From Podarcis cretensis (lineage: Eukaryota): 64,000 bases of DNA. Made by a program: the position numbers and the translations under genes. The notes under the pieces were generated by a model. The model saw only the letters and a list, made by a program, of their open reading frames with translations, ran no database searches and was not told the DNA's origin. This document shows, one piece after another, positions 12,932 through 25,724 of this stretch. The stretch covers positions 62,372,001-62,436,000 of the forward strand of contig OX638154.1 in NCBI GenBank assembly GCA_951804945.1. The letters run 5' to 3'. The number at the start of each line of letters is the position of its first letter. Position 1 is the first letter of the stretch.

Positions 12932-13069
12932 CAGTGCTGTTTTTCTAGAAAAAGAGGTGCTGGAACTTACCCATGAACGCCTCCCTCGTTCTCTTAGAAT
13001 GGCACTGGCACCCACCTGAGAGGTGCCGGAACTGACTACCTGTGAGTTTCCCCTTAAAAAAAAGCCCTA
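12932..13069. mobile_element. Short non-autonomous hAT-type element
   Basis: Ends CAGTGCTGTTTTT / AAAAAAAGCCCTA, 8-bp flanks GTTATAGA / GGTATAGA (7/8), internal GAGGTGC(T/C)GGAACT repeat. A related copy lies at 59915-60168. Confidence 0.7.
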
Positions 13070-16000
13070 GGTATAGATATATTTCAAGATAGTCCAGCGT
13101 GTATTGTAATCCATTGAAATAATTAAACCTCATTATGGTGTTGTGATTTATTGCCACGTTTCAGCTGAGCGTAATAGCCTAGGTGTCCTTGTTCCATCAA
13201 ACCTTTAACATACAACTATCCATATGGCCGGTCCAAAGAGATGCTGCTTTTGTAACCTATTTCAATGCCAGCTGTGAAAGAGATGGAAAAAGTTACTCAT
13301 GCCTCCTCCCTGGAAGTACAAATTTAGCTGAATGTCTATGACCCTTTTTGCTGATGCAGTTCTTGTGTCACAATCACTGCTGCCCTTGTGGGCTCCACAC
13401 TGGAATACTGCAATGCAGGTACCCTTGAAAACCAATTGAAAAACTTATAGGTATAGCAGAATGTAAGTACATCTTTATTTTAGGACAGCAAATTGCTGAA
13501 GAATACTGCCTCTGATATCTGAAATACTTTCTTGTTTGTCCTTTGCTACACTTCAAAATGCTGAATTTAGTATCCCAAAGTAAAAACAAACAGTCACTAT
13601 TTTTTCTTAGATTGTTTCTGAGGCAAGTGGTTTTGAACACAATCCCAAATTTCATCCTGGGGCTTATATAGAAGGTTCTCTCATAATTAGCAAGAAACAG
13701 TGTATGATAGAACCCCAATGACTTGTCTTTTCAGATCAACTGTGTTGGCAGCAGAATTCTCCTATATTTAAATTTATATTTTATTGTAAGACTTCTCATA
13801 GTTACACTATTTATTTGTACATTTGTCAAAACGTTTTTAGCTGACTTTTCTGGCCCAACAGGCCCTCAAAGGCAGCCAACAATCAGGAAAATAAAATTTA
13901 AGCACCACGTCAGTATTATAAAATACAGTCTCACAATAAAAATAACTCTACCCGTAGATTGGCTTTGTCATACACACTCAAGATTTACAGGGCAGGTCTT
14001 GTTTTGATAAATAAATCACTTTTTAAAATATAAAGCACCTCTTCTTTTTTATTCTGTGCCTTTTAAAAGATGTAGTTTGCACGTTTGGGACACATCCTGC
14101 TAACCCTGTTGAATAACAGGGGCATCAATTGTCATTTTAGAGCCATTTAAGAAGTATGAATTTCTCCTTGTTTTTGTGTTTTAGTTTCTTACTTTAGTTA
14201 ATAGTTTTTTGTGACGTAGAATAAAATGATTAAAACACAAATACAGCATTGGTTTCATTGGGCTTTGTGAAGTGGAATGTGAGGGTGTTGGAAGATAACT
14301 GCAAGCTGCAGTCACGCTCCTTTTGAAGAAAGAGCAAGAAGTATGTGGAATATGTTGCTCTCAGTGTAAGATAAGCTGGAGTGTGTTAATCAAATATTTT
14401 CATGATATGAAGGCAGTTAAGAAAACAGTAAAAAAAATTACTAATTGCTCTCTTAAGTAAACAGATCTATCATTAGGTTGTCAGGAAGAGTGACATTGAG
14501 CAGAAACACCTTGCTAATCCCCTGAAGATAAGTATTTAACGTAATTAGGCAGACAGTGTCTCTTTTGTTGAATGTAGCATTAATCAGTAGGAAAACTCCA
14601 ACTTTACAGAAAAGAGCTTTTCCTGATATGCCTTTGTGTTAGAAAGCTTCTTACACTTCTTTTGTCAGGACACCATACTTGTAGTAATGACAGCTACAGT
14701 TTTTTGGGTTTGTATGATGTACCATTTAATATGAGGGAAGCATTCTTATTTTTTCATATTGTCACTTATTTGTGTGGCTGCGTGATATATTAGGTTAAAA
14801 AAAAGCACTGTATTACATAAGGTTGTTTATATATTTATCATTCTATTAGTTACAAGTGGGGGCAATGGCAGTGGGGGTCTCCAGATAGATTTGGGGCCAT
14901 GAGAGGTTAATCTTTGTTTTCCCTACCCCCCCCCCCACACACACCTGGGGCTTTCATTTGCCCTGATTTACTTATTTTAAATGGCATTGGATCAGATGCG
15001 TAGATTCAGTGAGTTGAGTTATGCTCATGGAAGGGAAGGAAGGCAGCTTTTGCTGATTCCCTCTCCTCCCTGCAACCCTTTTCACACACTGTGGAAAAAA
15101 TTTGCTTTCCTTCCAGAACAATGTGGAAGTGGCATGGGTAAGGGGGAATAGATACTCTTTGTTCAAACCTTAATTTTAAAATTTGCAGCAAATAGTTGCT
15201 TTAGGTGCGGTGCTTCTCAGATGGAAAATGGCATGGGGGAAAGAGCTAAATTTCCCTTGTTCCACTCTCCAACCAGATCAGGGCCCCCAACAGCTGCTTT
15301 TTGTAAAGGAAACACAGGACTCAAGCATCAGATCCAAAAACATGATCAAAGTCACGTCTGGTTTGACATCTCCTTTCATTCTGAGTAGCTCAGAAGGCTT
15401 TGAGGGGAAAGGATCGAGTTAAAAGATGATAGGCAGACTTCTCAAAGTAACAGGTAGAGGTCAAGTTGGTTTATTTGTTGGGCAGAACAGAATGTAGAGA
15501 TGAAAAATCAAATGCCCTGCTGTAATAAGGGTTTAGGTGAAAATGCTGACTGGCCTAAGTTTTGATTCCAGCTGACAGAACCTTTTCTAGTGTTCATTAC
15601 TTGATTTCACAGTTCAGGCAATTTTAAGAGGCTTAGCATTATATTCTTGTTCTCCTCTATAAAACGTTTTGATCGCTTTCTAATTTTTGCTTTAAATAAA
15701 GTTATTGGGGTCCACTATCAAACACAGTTCCACTTTTTAAGTTTCTGTAAAGTCAATATATAATCACTGTACAAGAAACTGAGGTTAGCTGTTAGAAAGT
15801 TGTGTTGTTTCTTTTCTTCCTGTGACAGTTTATGTTACTCTTACTGATTCATTTGAAAATTCCTCTATACCTCTATGCAGTAATACCAGTTAATGTTCTG
15901 TAAAAAAAAATTCACACTCTGGCTGGGCCCCTCGCTACACTTTTTGGGCACCTGATAGAAGTATACATACAGAAGTGGTCTTCTAAGAAGGCATGCAACA

Positions 16001-16150
16001 GACAAAGTCACCAACCCATGCAACATTTTACCTATGTAGGATAGGGAAACTTAAATAACTCATCAGTACACAAAAATGTGCTACAATAATATTGCTACTG
16101 TGCTGTGATAAATGCGAACCTTCTGAAGTTTGGGAAGCATTGTTGTAGAG

Positions 16151-16277
16151 CAGGGATGAGAAACCTGTGGCCTTCCAGATGCTCGAAAACAGCTCCCATC
16201 ATCCCTGACTATGCTAGTTGAGGCTGATGGCAGTTGTGCCCCCAAACAGCTGGAGGGCCACAGGTTCCCCATTCCTG
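16151..16277. mobile_element. Palindromic hAT-type MITE, about 127 bp
   Basis: CAGGGATGAGAAACCTGTGGCCTTCCAGATG ... CAGCTGGAGGGCCACAGGTTCCCCATTCCTG. Decayed relatives near 33443-33567 and 55318-55757. Confidence 0.75.
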
Positions 16278-16820
16278 TTCTATTCCAAATGAACAGGACA
16301 GGTGGCTCAGGACAAGCCAAGGCAAAATTATTTGGGGGGATGCAAGAATGAGCAGAAGTAATAGATCAAGGCTGCAAGCAGGAAGAACAAACTACTCAAA
16401 CTATATAGGGACAGAACCATGAGAGGTGTGTAAGGCAAGAATTTTGCAAGCTAGGAGGCACGCTTGTTGCCGTCCATCTGTCTTAGGAGACAATGGAGGA
16501 GTGCATCTTTTGGGATGAAGTTACTGTACCTGATGTGGCTTAAGGCACACTGTTCAAAAGGGGAAAGTGGTAGATCAAGGAGCAATACTTCAGAAGGTCT
16601 TGGGTACAGTAGTCCTTGCAGTTGGGAACCTAGGAAACACGATCGCCTAAGCATTATATAGGCACTATCTGAAAATAGAGAAACTTCCCAACCCCTCTTA
16701 TACTAACTTAGAATGTTGTTGCCTTATGGCCACCTAGGTAAGGTTCAGATCAGAATCACAGTGCTGAAAAGGGAAGGATTTAATGGAGGAGGCACTACTA
16801 CTTCCATTTGAAAAATGGTA

Positions 16821-17046
16821 CAGTGGTACCTCGGGTTAAGTACTTAATTCGTTCCGGAGGTCCGTACTTAACCTGAAATTGTTCTTAACCTGAAGCACCA
16901 CTTTAGCTAATGGGGCCTCCTGCTGCCGCCGCGCCGCTGGAGCACTATTTCTGTTCTCATCCTGAAGCAAAGTTCTTAACCCGAGGTACTATTTCTGGGT
17001 TAGCGGAGTCTGTAACCTGAAGCGTATGTAACCCAAGTTACCACTG
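16821..17046 (+). mobile_element. Tc1/mariner-pogo MITE, 226 bp
   Basis: TIRs CAGTGGTACCTCGGGTTA / TAACCCAAGTTACCACTG, TA flanks, internal TAACCTGAA repeats. Confidence 0.9.
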
Positions 17047-18124
17047 TACTAGGGAAAGGATTAAAGTAAGGCAACACAGAGTTGTTTCCAGTAAGTGGTT
17101 TCAGAGAGTATGGTGAAAGGAAGGGGGTGCACTGGGACAACTAGAAGTTATGTGTCCATTTGTGATCTGGCATCATAACAGAACTATTGATTGTGTAGTC
17201 AGTCAATACGATAACTATGCAAATGGAGTAAGGAATTCAGTCATGTTTGTGGTTCCTGGATTAATGCAGATTCAGTTGGGTAGTTCTCTCCTAACTTGCT
17301 CTTTTTTCTGGTTCCCTTTTCTCCATTCCTCAAGAGCTCCTAAGTATTGGTAAATCATGTCACCCGACAGTGCATCTCTGTGCTGATAAGATTAATTTTG
17401 AACAATTATGATTTATGTTTAATCCTGTTGAGATATAACACATTCATTAATCAAAATGTATATTAAATAGCTTCACATAACAACAAATTCTCCAGATGTT
17501 TTTATCCTAGACTCCTTGCTAAAGTAAAATGTGTTTAAAATGTTGCTATAATGAAAGCTGTAGTTCTAAATAAACTTGAATTTGTTTAGGTTATCTATCC
17601 TTATTAGTATAGCAGAAATTGTTGCAACATTTTTAAACCTCTAAAAGGTCAGTATCTGAAATAATAGAGAAGAGAATCATATTCAAATCCTTTCATTCAC
17701 TTCCAGTTTGCACTCCATTTGCATCTTGTAAGGATGTGGCTGAAACATAAGCCTATTTTTGATCACTGATTTCCAAAAGTTTCATGCCTCAGCTGCAATA
17801 ATAGGCAAAGACATACACAGCTATGTAAATGGTGTTTGAATTTATGATTGTATCATTTGCCTGTCATTGTATTTTCCACCTGCAAAGCTTCCATAAACCA
17901 GTGTATTCTGAATAGCCATGATTTGTTCTTACTGCTGTATGTGATCTATGCAGTAGAGTACAATCATGGTTGCAGAAATGGCTTTGGGAGACACCCAGAA
18001 ATTTAACAGTAAGACATCTGAGGAAAAGGAACTGTAAAATATAATGGCACAAAGTGTTATGGTACTATAGCATCTGAAGAAAATGTTAATGACATAAAAT
18101 TAGATGGGGGTATGTGCGGGGGAA

Positions 18125-18490
18125 GGGACGCAGGTGGCGCTGTGGGTTAAAGCCTCAGCGCCTAGGGCTTGCCGATCGAAAGGTCGGCGGTTCGAATCCC
18201 TGCGGCGGGGTGCGCTCCCGCTGCTCGGTCCCAGCGCCTGCCAACCTAGCAGTTCGAAAGCACCTCCGGGTGCAAGTAGATAAATAGGGACCGCTTACCA
18301 GCGGGAAGGTAAACGGCGTTTCCGTGTGCGGCTCTGGCTCTGGCCAGAGCAGCGATGTCATGCTGGCCACGTGACCCGGAAGTGTCTCCGGACAGCGCTG
18401 GCCCCTGGCCTCTTAAGTGAGATGGGCGCACAACCCCAGAGTCTGTCAAGACTGGCCCGTACGGGCAGGGGTACCTTTACCTTTACCTTT
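18125..18490 (+). mobile_element. Full-length Sauria SINE, CpG-rich (young) subfamily
   Basis: Head GGGACGCAGGTGGCGC, B-box GGTTCGAATCC, (ACCTTT)3 tail, TSD TATGTGCGGGG at 18111-18121 and 18490-18500. Confidence 0.95.
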
Positions 18491-19939
18491 ATGTGCGGGG
18501 CAGGGGTACAGAAGGTTCCACCAACCTTGGATTGTTTAGCTTTAATAAAAATGAAGCAAAATGGTTGTGAATGCAGGAGGAGAAGCTCTCAATGGATGAA
18601 TGAAAGACATTTCATGTTTTGTAGTAATACCTAGGAACGGTGGGGGAGAAGGCTAGTAAGAATGCTGATGCTTCTTGAAAAGGTCTTTCAGTAGCTGCTC
18701 CAAAAGGAAGCTGCTAACATGCACAGGTTTTTTTTAAGAGAACTAGAAAACAATTTTATGTCTCTTTTATATGCCATTCACATGTTTTAATTATTCACCT
18801 TCATGTTTCTTAAAATAATGATTATGATGAATTCAGTTATCATGCATAGTGGCATCATTTGAGTGCTGAGATAGTTGTTAACCGCTGTTAGAGCCCGGTA
18901 AATAGATTAGGTGTTTTAAGAAAGAAAAAGAAGGTCAGCATTTTGGTTGATGTGTATAGTTGAATAAATGGTGTAATAGGTTCGGTTACTATTTTTTACT
19001 TTCATTGCACAATGGTTATTGTAATGTTCATATGGTAGATAAAAGTAATAAGAGCCCAAGAATGTATGGGTCAAAACAATCCTCCACACAACTTTGTATT
19101 GCTGATTCATATACACATTCAAGCAGAAGCTGGACGGACAGCTGTTAAAAATGTTCTAACAATCACACCTATCTTATGCCAGTAAGGCCCACCTGATAAC
19201 TGATAGATTTTGCTTAACTAATAACTAAATTAACTTTATGTTAGCATATGGCATTGTTTTTGAAATTTGTTTTTATTTTGTTCTTTATTTTACGGCATTC
19301 AATTTTTCTGGTGCAGATAGGTTTTCTTATAGATTGTTTAGAGAGCCCCTCTATAACTGATATAGAGGCCAATGGTTCCCAAGCTGGGGGCACCTGCCCC
19401 TTAGAGGGTCCACTCATTTAAGGGAGGGGGGAGGCTTCTTCAAAAGGCAGGTGCTTTAAGTCCCATTGGAGTAGCTTCTCCCCTCCTTTAAATGAGTTAT
19501 GTTTAAAGAAGAAGAGGGAGGCTGCTTTAAATACCACTTTTTTTTCAAAGAGCTTTAAGAGAGACCCACCCCACTCTACTCCTGTTGTGTCTCTGGAGGG
19601 TCAAACAGGAGCAGGGGGTCAGCAAAATTTGGAGGAAGGGTTAAAAAGGGGCTCCTCATACTCAAGAAAGTTGGGAACCATTGGTTTAGGCTACATTCCT
19701 TCATCCTTTGCATATATTCCTCCTGTTGATCAATACTGCCTATCAATACTGCCCATATTTATATTGACATTAGTATTCAGTAACTTTCATTCGTATAGCA
19801 AACATGGAACTGTGCTGTATCATGATTAAAAAGGTATTCTGAGGTGGTTAATTAATCAATATATGGCATTTTAAACCTGAGAGGTGTTGTTTTTGGTTGT
19901 TATTATGGTATGCATTTTTGTGTTTTTATATTGTACACT

Positions 19940-20240
19940 TAGAATCATAGATCATTGAGTTGGAAGAGACCACAAGGGCCATCGAGTCCAACCCCCTGCC
20001 AAGCAGGAAACACCATCAGAGCACTCCTGACATATGGTTGTCAAGCCTCTGCTTAAAGATCTCCAAAGAAGGAGACTCCACCACACTCTTCCTAATGTTT
20101 AGGTGGAATCTTCTTTCTTGTAGTTTGGATCCATTGCTCCGTGTCCGCTTCTCTGGAGCAGCAGAAAACAACCTTTCTCCCTCCTCTATGTGACATCCTT
20201 TTATATATTTGAACATGGCTATCATATCACCCCTTAGTCG
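19940..20240 (-). mobile_element. CR1 LINE 3' end with internal deletion
   Basis: ATTCTATG-type tail and CR1 3' UTR. Minus strand translates [51 protein letters not shown]|SVVESPSLEIFKQRLD, the CR1 ORF2 C-terminus lacking the usual WN-LP segment. Confidence 0.92.
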
Positions 20241-20532
20241 GATCTTGGATGATTACCTCAATTTCCCCAACACCAGCACCAGCAGTGAAGATCTCAAAGT
20301 AGGTGGTCTTGTTGGCAATGTTGCCCACAGGCTCCAGGCCAGGACCCTGGGCAGTGACCTTGCTGGCATCCCTGTGCGATTTGTCCACATTCACCTCAAA
20401 GGGGCTCTTGGCAATGTGCTGCCCAGCAAACAGTACCGTCACCTTGTGGATTCCTGTCACTTTTAGCACATACCACACAGAGAACGTCCGGTTCTTGTCA
20501 TTGTTGGCAATGACCTTTGCTTCTTCCCGATG
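20239..20532 (-). pseudogene. FLNA: Processed (intronless) fragment of filamin A, Ig-like repeats 1-2, 98 codons
   Basis: Translates [98 protein letters not shown], close to recalled human FLNA (about residues 326-423). No introns, no start codon, no poly(A). Confidence 0.9.
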
Positions 20533-21288
20533 ATCTTTGGATAAAGGGTGGTATAGAAATTTAATAAATAATAAAAATAATAGTTCTAGAGTGACACTGG
20601 ATTTAGCATCTAGAAATACACTGAATTCTACCCACCCCACCCCAATCTTTGTATTACCTTTGGGAAGAGAATAGACACTGTGACGTTGTCATTTTTGGTA
20701 GTGATGGATGATTTACCCTTAGCAGAACTGTTCTTCAGCTTGGGAAAATGTGTAAAGTTATCCACTGAGAAGACAGATATTGTGAACAGAATTAATATAC
20801 AGCTTTCTCTCATTTACTGTATTTGGAGAATGCCCATGGATCTTTTCCTATTATGTAATAGGAAGCATTGATATTTCCTGACTAGCGAATACAAGGAGGT
20901 TCAGGATTTTAAACTATTGTGCTGCTCTGCTGATCCATAGAAGATGATGAATATGAAATATTCCTGCACCCACACTACTAAGTTGGGTTGGAGGTTTGCG
21001 AACTGCAGAATTCTGGAAGGCCTTCCTGGGAGACTTCATCATCTATTCCATGACTCCACTAACCTATTATTCCATTTTTGCTTGCATTTGTGCATTTGGT
21101 GGATGGACATGACATGCATGAGTTGGAATGAACAAAATAGCTTTATACTTAGGGAAATGACACATGAATGAAATTTTAGACAGCTTTAATTTGGAAAAAA
21201 TGCTCCAACTTATAGTAATACAAAATTGATATGTGTACACCCATCAAGATCAGTATTGTCTAAATTTTCTTTTTATTGTATACTATAC

Positions 21289-21323
21289 CCCGTACGGGCA
21301 GGGGTACCTTTACCTTTACCTTT
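21289..21323 (+). mobile_element. 35-bp extreme 3' fragment of a Sauria SINE
   Basis: CCCGTACGGGCAGGGGTACCTTTACCTTTACCTTT is identical to 18456-18490. Confidence 0.85.
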
Positions 21324-23948
21324 TATATTTAAACTATTAACTAAAAATAGAGTAAGGAACGCATTGTTTTCTTGAAATAAAATTATTTTGTTCTTTTTAT
21401 TGACATTGTGAGCCTGAGAAACATAGCTAGTTTAATTTAGATCAAGTGAGAACTGATATGGACAAATTGTTGTGCATTTCAATGAAAAAGCAGAATTAAA
21501 AAACACAGCAACCCAAAGTTCCAGCCGTTGAATTTGTTTTAAAAACACATAACTTTCATTTTACATTAGTGAAGTGTGTTTCCCATTACTTCTACCACTA
21601 AATATTAACAGAAGATAAAACCATGGGAGTCCAAATGCTTCTAAGGTACCTTCACACTAGGGCAGTTAGAACATTGTAAGTGGCTGAAAGTGCTTTAACA
21701 TTCATATGTACTCTTCTTAAAATGTTACATTAAAGCACCGTAGGCATGGGTTGTACCATTAGATTGCTTTATAAGAAAACCATTGGGTGCCCATTGAGCT
21801 AATATTCTGGTGCCCCCATATGCTTCAGGACTAGATGAATTGCAAAGGCACGTAGCCGCCTCCAAACAATGCTAATCCATTTGTGAATCCAGTGCCCTGT
21901 AGTTGCCACTGCAGTATGCATCCCAAAGAGTAATGGATGCTTAATTTGATGTAGACTAGTACAGGAACTCAAGTGCATTTATAAATTGCCACTATAACTA
22001 AATGAAAGAGGATATTCTCAGAAATATGCAGGCTGTGGGAGTTATCTGACTTAGTCATAGTCAGAGTCCATTGAATAAAATGGACTTAAGTTAGTCAAGG
22101 CTAAGTTATGTCCACTGATTTCATTCAGTTTACTCTGCGTATTAGTCAGATACCACATGATATCAGGAACATTAGCATAAGATGTGCTAAACTAGCATTT
22201 TGGTTTTAAGTTTATTTTTTAATTGCAAATACTGACAATCTTTGCTGTCTTAAGAATAATGTCATGTGGCTGTGATCATTTTAGAAAAAACTAGGTTTAT
22301 TTTGGCTTGTTCCTAGAACTTTTCTACTTGCATGCAAGCTCTTTTCCTGCTTTTATTAACCCATTCAGAGAATGTTTCAGTTCTGCTGCTTATACAGAGC
22401 ACCATGCTCATGCACCATAAAATGTGAATGATACTATTTGCTTTGCAACATCTAACTTGTCTTCCATACCTTTCCCCTCTTAAAGGACAAAATATTTATT
22501 AATAATAATAATAATGTTGTTTATATACTGTACACACTTGGTACTTTCAGTGATCTCTTATCCAGAGAAATTATTAGGTCCACAATTCTTTAGCTACAGT
22601 CATACAGCAGCATCAGATTCTGCTAAAGACCATTCACTAGGCCCTAAAATATGCTTTTAGAAATTAGCAGTTCTTGTTCAGTCCCTCTAAACATTTAAAT
22701 TAAATTCTCAAAATTTATGTTCTTCATGTTCTTCTGAATGATGAAGCAGTCATATTTTTGGATCTAATGGGTGCCACCACTTGCATTTAATTAATAGATT
22801 ATTCCTGAAGTCAAGTATGTCATACAAGCTGTCAAACACTTTTTAAAAAAGCCACCTCATTTAATACATATTATTATGAGATGGTTGTAAGAGATTTCAG
22901 TTTGCACTTTTATACTTTACTTTAAAATCCTGCACTAAATTATATTAGTGGTCCAAATTCAGAATAAGTTTGTTGTGCTTAAATGTCATTGAAATCAACT
23001 GGGCAACTAATTTATGTCCATCATTGCAATGAAACTAGCTTCCTCTGGATTTGGACCAACGTGTATGTAACTTGGAATATTCAGTATTAAATACTTATCA
23101 TGTCACATACATTATCTTAGCAGTTCTTACAACTCAGAAAGAAAATGTATCAGCTCCAATAAAGTACCCAGGGGCTAAGACCCCCTACTGAGTTGTGGTG
23201 GTATTTGAAAGCGCCTTCTTGATAAGTATTCATGCAACACAATTCTCTGCATGCCCCTCCCCCCCAAAGGAAGTCCCACTCTGTTCACTGGAGCTTAATT
23301 CCAGGTAAATGTGCATAGGACTATATTTTAGCCACTATGCTATACCAGCTATCATTCAAAGAAGTTTTCCCCAGTCTGGTGCCCATCAGAAATCTTTGGC
23401 CATGAACACTCAACCTCATGTTTCTGTAATTCAGCAATCTCAATATGAATTGCTCTTCTTGACCACTTTTAGACTGTAATCCTGAACATACTTACTTGAA
23501 AGCAAGCCTCTTTGAACATTGTGTCTTACTTCCAAGTAAACATGCACTGCATAGGATGACACTGTTAAAACGTAGCTAATATGGCCAATTAGCAACCACA
23601 AGGAGAACAGTTGATATTTTCTGTCACTACATAGGTCATGATTAGAATTGCCTTGTGTGAGGTTGAGCAACTATGGCCGTATAACTTTTTGACCCAGTGC
23701 ACTTCTGTTCTGTCAAATTTTGACTATGAACTTTACACTGTTTGTACAGATCTCCGTACCTGCCCATTGTAAAAATGCTATTATCTAAACTATAACAATC
23801 AGATTTGTATTGTTAGTAATTTTAAACAATAAAATCCAACACATCAGTTAATATAGTAGTAGAGTTAGGAAAAGCCAACAGTTTGAAAGGAAAACCATAA
23901 AAGGTATTAACGACACAATCCTATTCATGTCTACTCAGAAGTAAAGTC

Positions 23949-24107
23949 CCTTCAAGCAATGAGAATCCTGTCCTTTTAATGTATTTGTTATAATATGTAT
24001 GCTGCAATCCTGAGCATATTTATCTGGGAGTTAATCCCAGTTCATCCCAGCAGCATGTGTATTATAAAGAATACAGTAATAATACAGGATTCTCATTGCT
24101 TGGAAGG
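23949..24107. repeat. About 160-bp fold-back inverted repeat
   Basis: Perfect 19-bp outer arms at 23953-23971 and 24084-24102, plus imperfect inner arms TTATAATATGTATGCTGC / GCAGCATGTGTATTATAA. Confidence 0.85.
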
Positions 24108-24540
24108 AGTCTACTTTTTAAATTACCTCACTGATTTTCTGTTCTGATAATGTTGCCTCTTTCTTTTTGTATATCTATGTGCTTGTGCATACAGACACCA
24201 AAGATGAGAAAAGTGCATAAACAGAGGCTACAGTTTATCAAAGATCTTTTAAACGGAACATTCATTTATTATGGATAAATTGTATGCACGAAGCACAGAC
24301 TACAGACTTGATATTAAACCAACATAAAAATTAATGGTTTGTATCCAACACTCGGCGAGTGGAACTTCCCTTCCTTTCCTTTCCCCAAGCACCCCCAAAT
24401 CTGCTTGGGGGATGATTCCCAAACCCTCTGGAGCAGATTTTGAGGGTTTATGGGATGAGGCTGGAGGAGAGAGCTTCCATTGTGCAAGTAGCAGGACATC
24501 AGCATTGGCTAGAACCCCATCAGCCGTATCATTTATATGA

Positions 24541-24685
24541 GCAGAGACCATAGCTCAGTGGCAGAGCACACAGTTTGCATGCAGGAAGTCTAAGGTTCAG
24601 CCCCTGACATCTCCAGTTAAAAGGAGGCAATTCTGAGATGAATGGACAAATAATCTGTCCTGGCATAGTGTCCTATGCTCCTATT
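24541..24685 (+). mobile_element. tRNA-derived SINE (Squam3-like), decayed
   Basis: A-box TAGCTCAGTGGCAGAGCA, tttgcatgcag, decayed B-box ggttcagccc and cctatg-type tail. Related copies at about 38845-38965 and 60228-60406. Confidence 0.65.
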
Positions 24686-25460
24686 AGCATCAAACCTGAT
24701 GATACAATGTCAGAAGGGGGTCTTCACTTCTGTGAAAGATCTTTTTTCCAGTGAAAGCCTCTATTAGTGGTAAGTTTTAAAACAAATGAACAATTTCAAT
24801 ATTATAAAATACCATTCAGGTTGCGCAACACTAAAAGGCTTTTTAAATTTTATAAATAAAAAATCTCCCACACAATGGGAAATGGATGCTGTTTGTAACT
24901 CAGAAACCTTTAACGCTGCAGAAACATCTGGAACTCTTCAAGGCATTCATCCAGTCCACCCACCCAGTTCCCAAAACACTGTCTCAGTTTTGCGCATATC
25001 CCCAGAACTTTCCTACCCTTGCCGCCAGGATATATGTACATTTCACCTCACTCTCACTCAAGGGTTTAACAGAAGCAGGAACCTGTGGGCAGGAGGCAGA
25101 TCTGCTCTTGGTGTTCAGCCTATGTGGTTTCAAAACTCTGGGCAGTTTATGAGACATATTCAGCACCTGTCCATAAGCCAGAACAATCTCTTTAAAATGT
25201 ATATATAAAAATGTATATATAAAATCTAAGCACTGCACCTACTGTAGTTTGAAAAAACGTAAAGAATAGGGCCTAATAAGAATGCTAATTAATAACATGT
25301 CAGCAAGTTTCCTTCAGAGATTTAAATATATATATATTTGGATGCATCTTAATATATATTTTTTCATGCCAGTGATGGCCACCCTTTGCACCCAAAGACA
25401 ATCATAAATAAAAGTGAACCTTCAAGCTTGCTGTTGTATGCAATTTAATTTGTCCTTTAA

Positions 25461-25724
<264 letters not shown>

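Larger units (their letters stand above)
19860..20582 (+). mobile_element. Older L2-type 3' UTR and tail split by the CR1-FLNA insertion (about 19860-19938 and 20531-20582)
   Basis: T-rich ...gtgtttttatattgtacac on the left rejoins tgatctttggataaagggtggtatagaaatttaataaataat on the right, the form of squamate L2 3' ends seen elsewhere in the window. Confidence 0.6.

Noticed and set aside
20227-20640. 137-aa minus-strand ORF as a functional filamin gene or exon
   Set aside because: The first ~37 codons come from flanking and L2-tail DNA, the end runs into CR1, there are no bounding splice sites and conserved residues are substituted. It is a retrocopy fragment.
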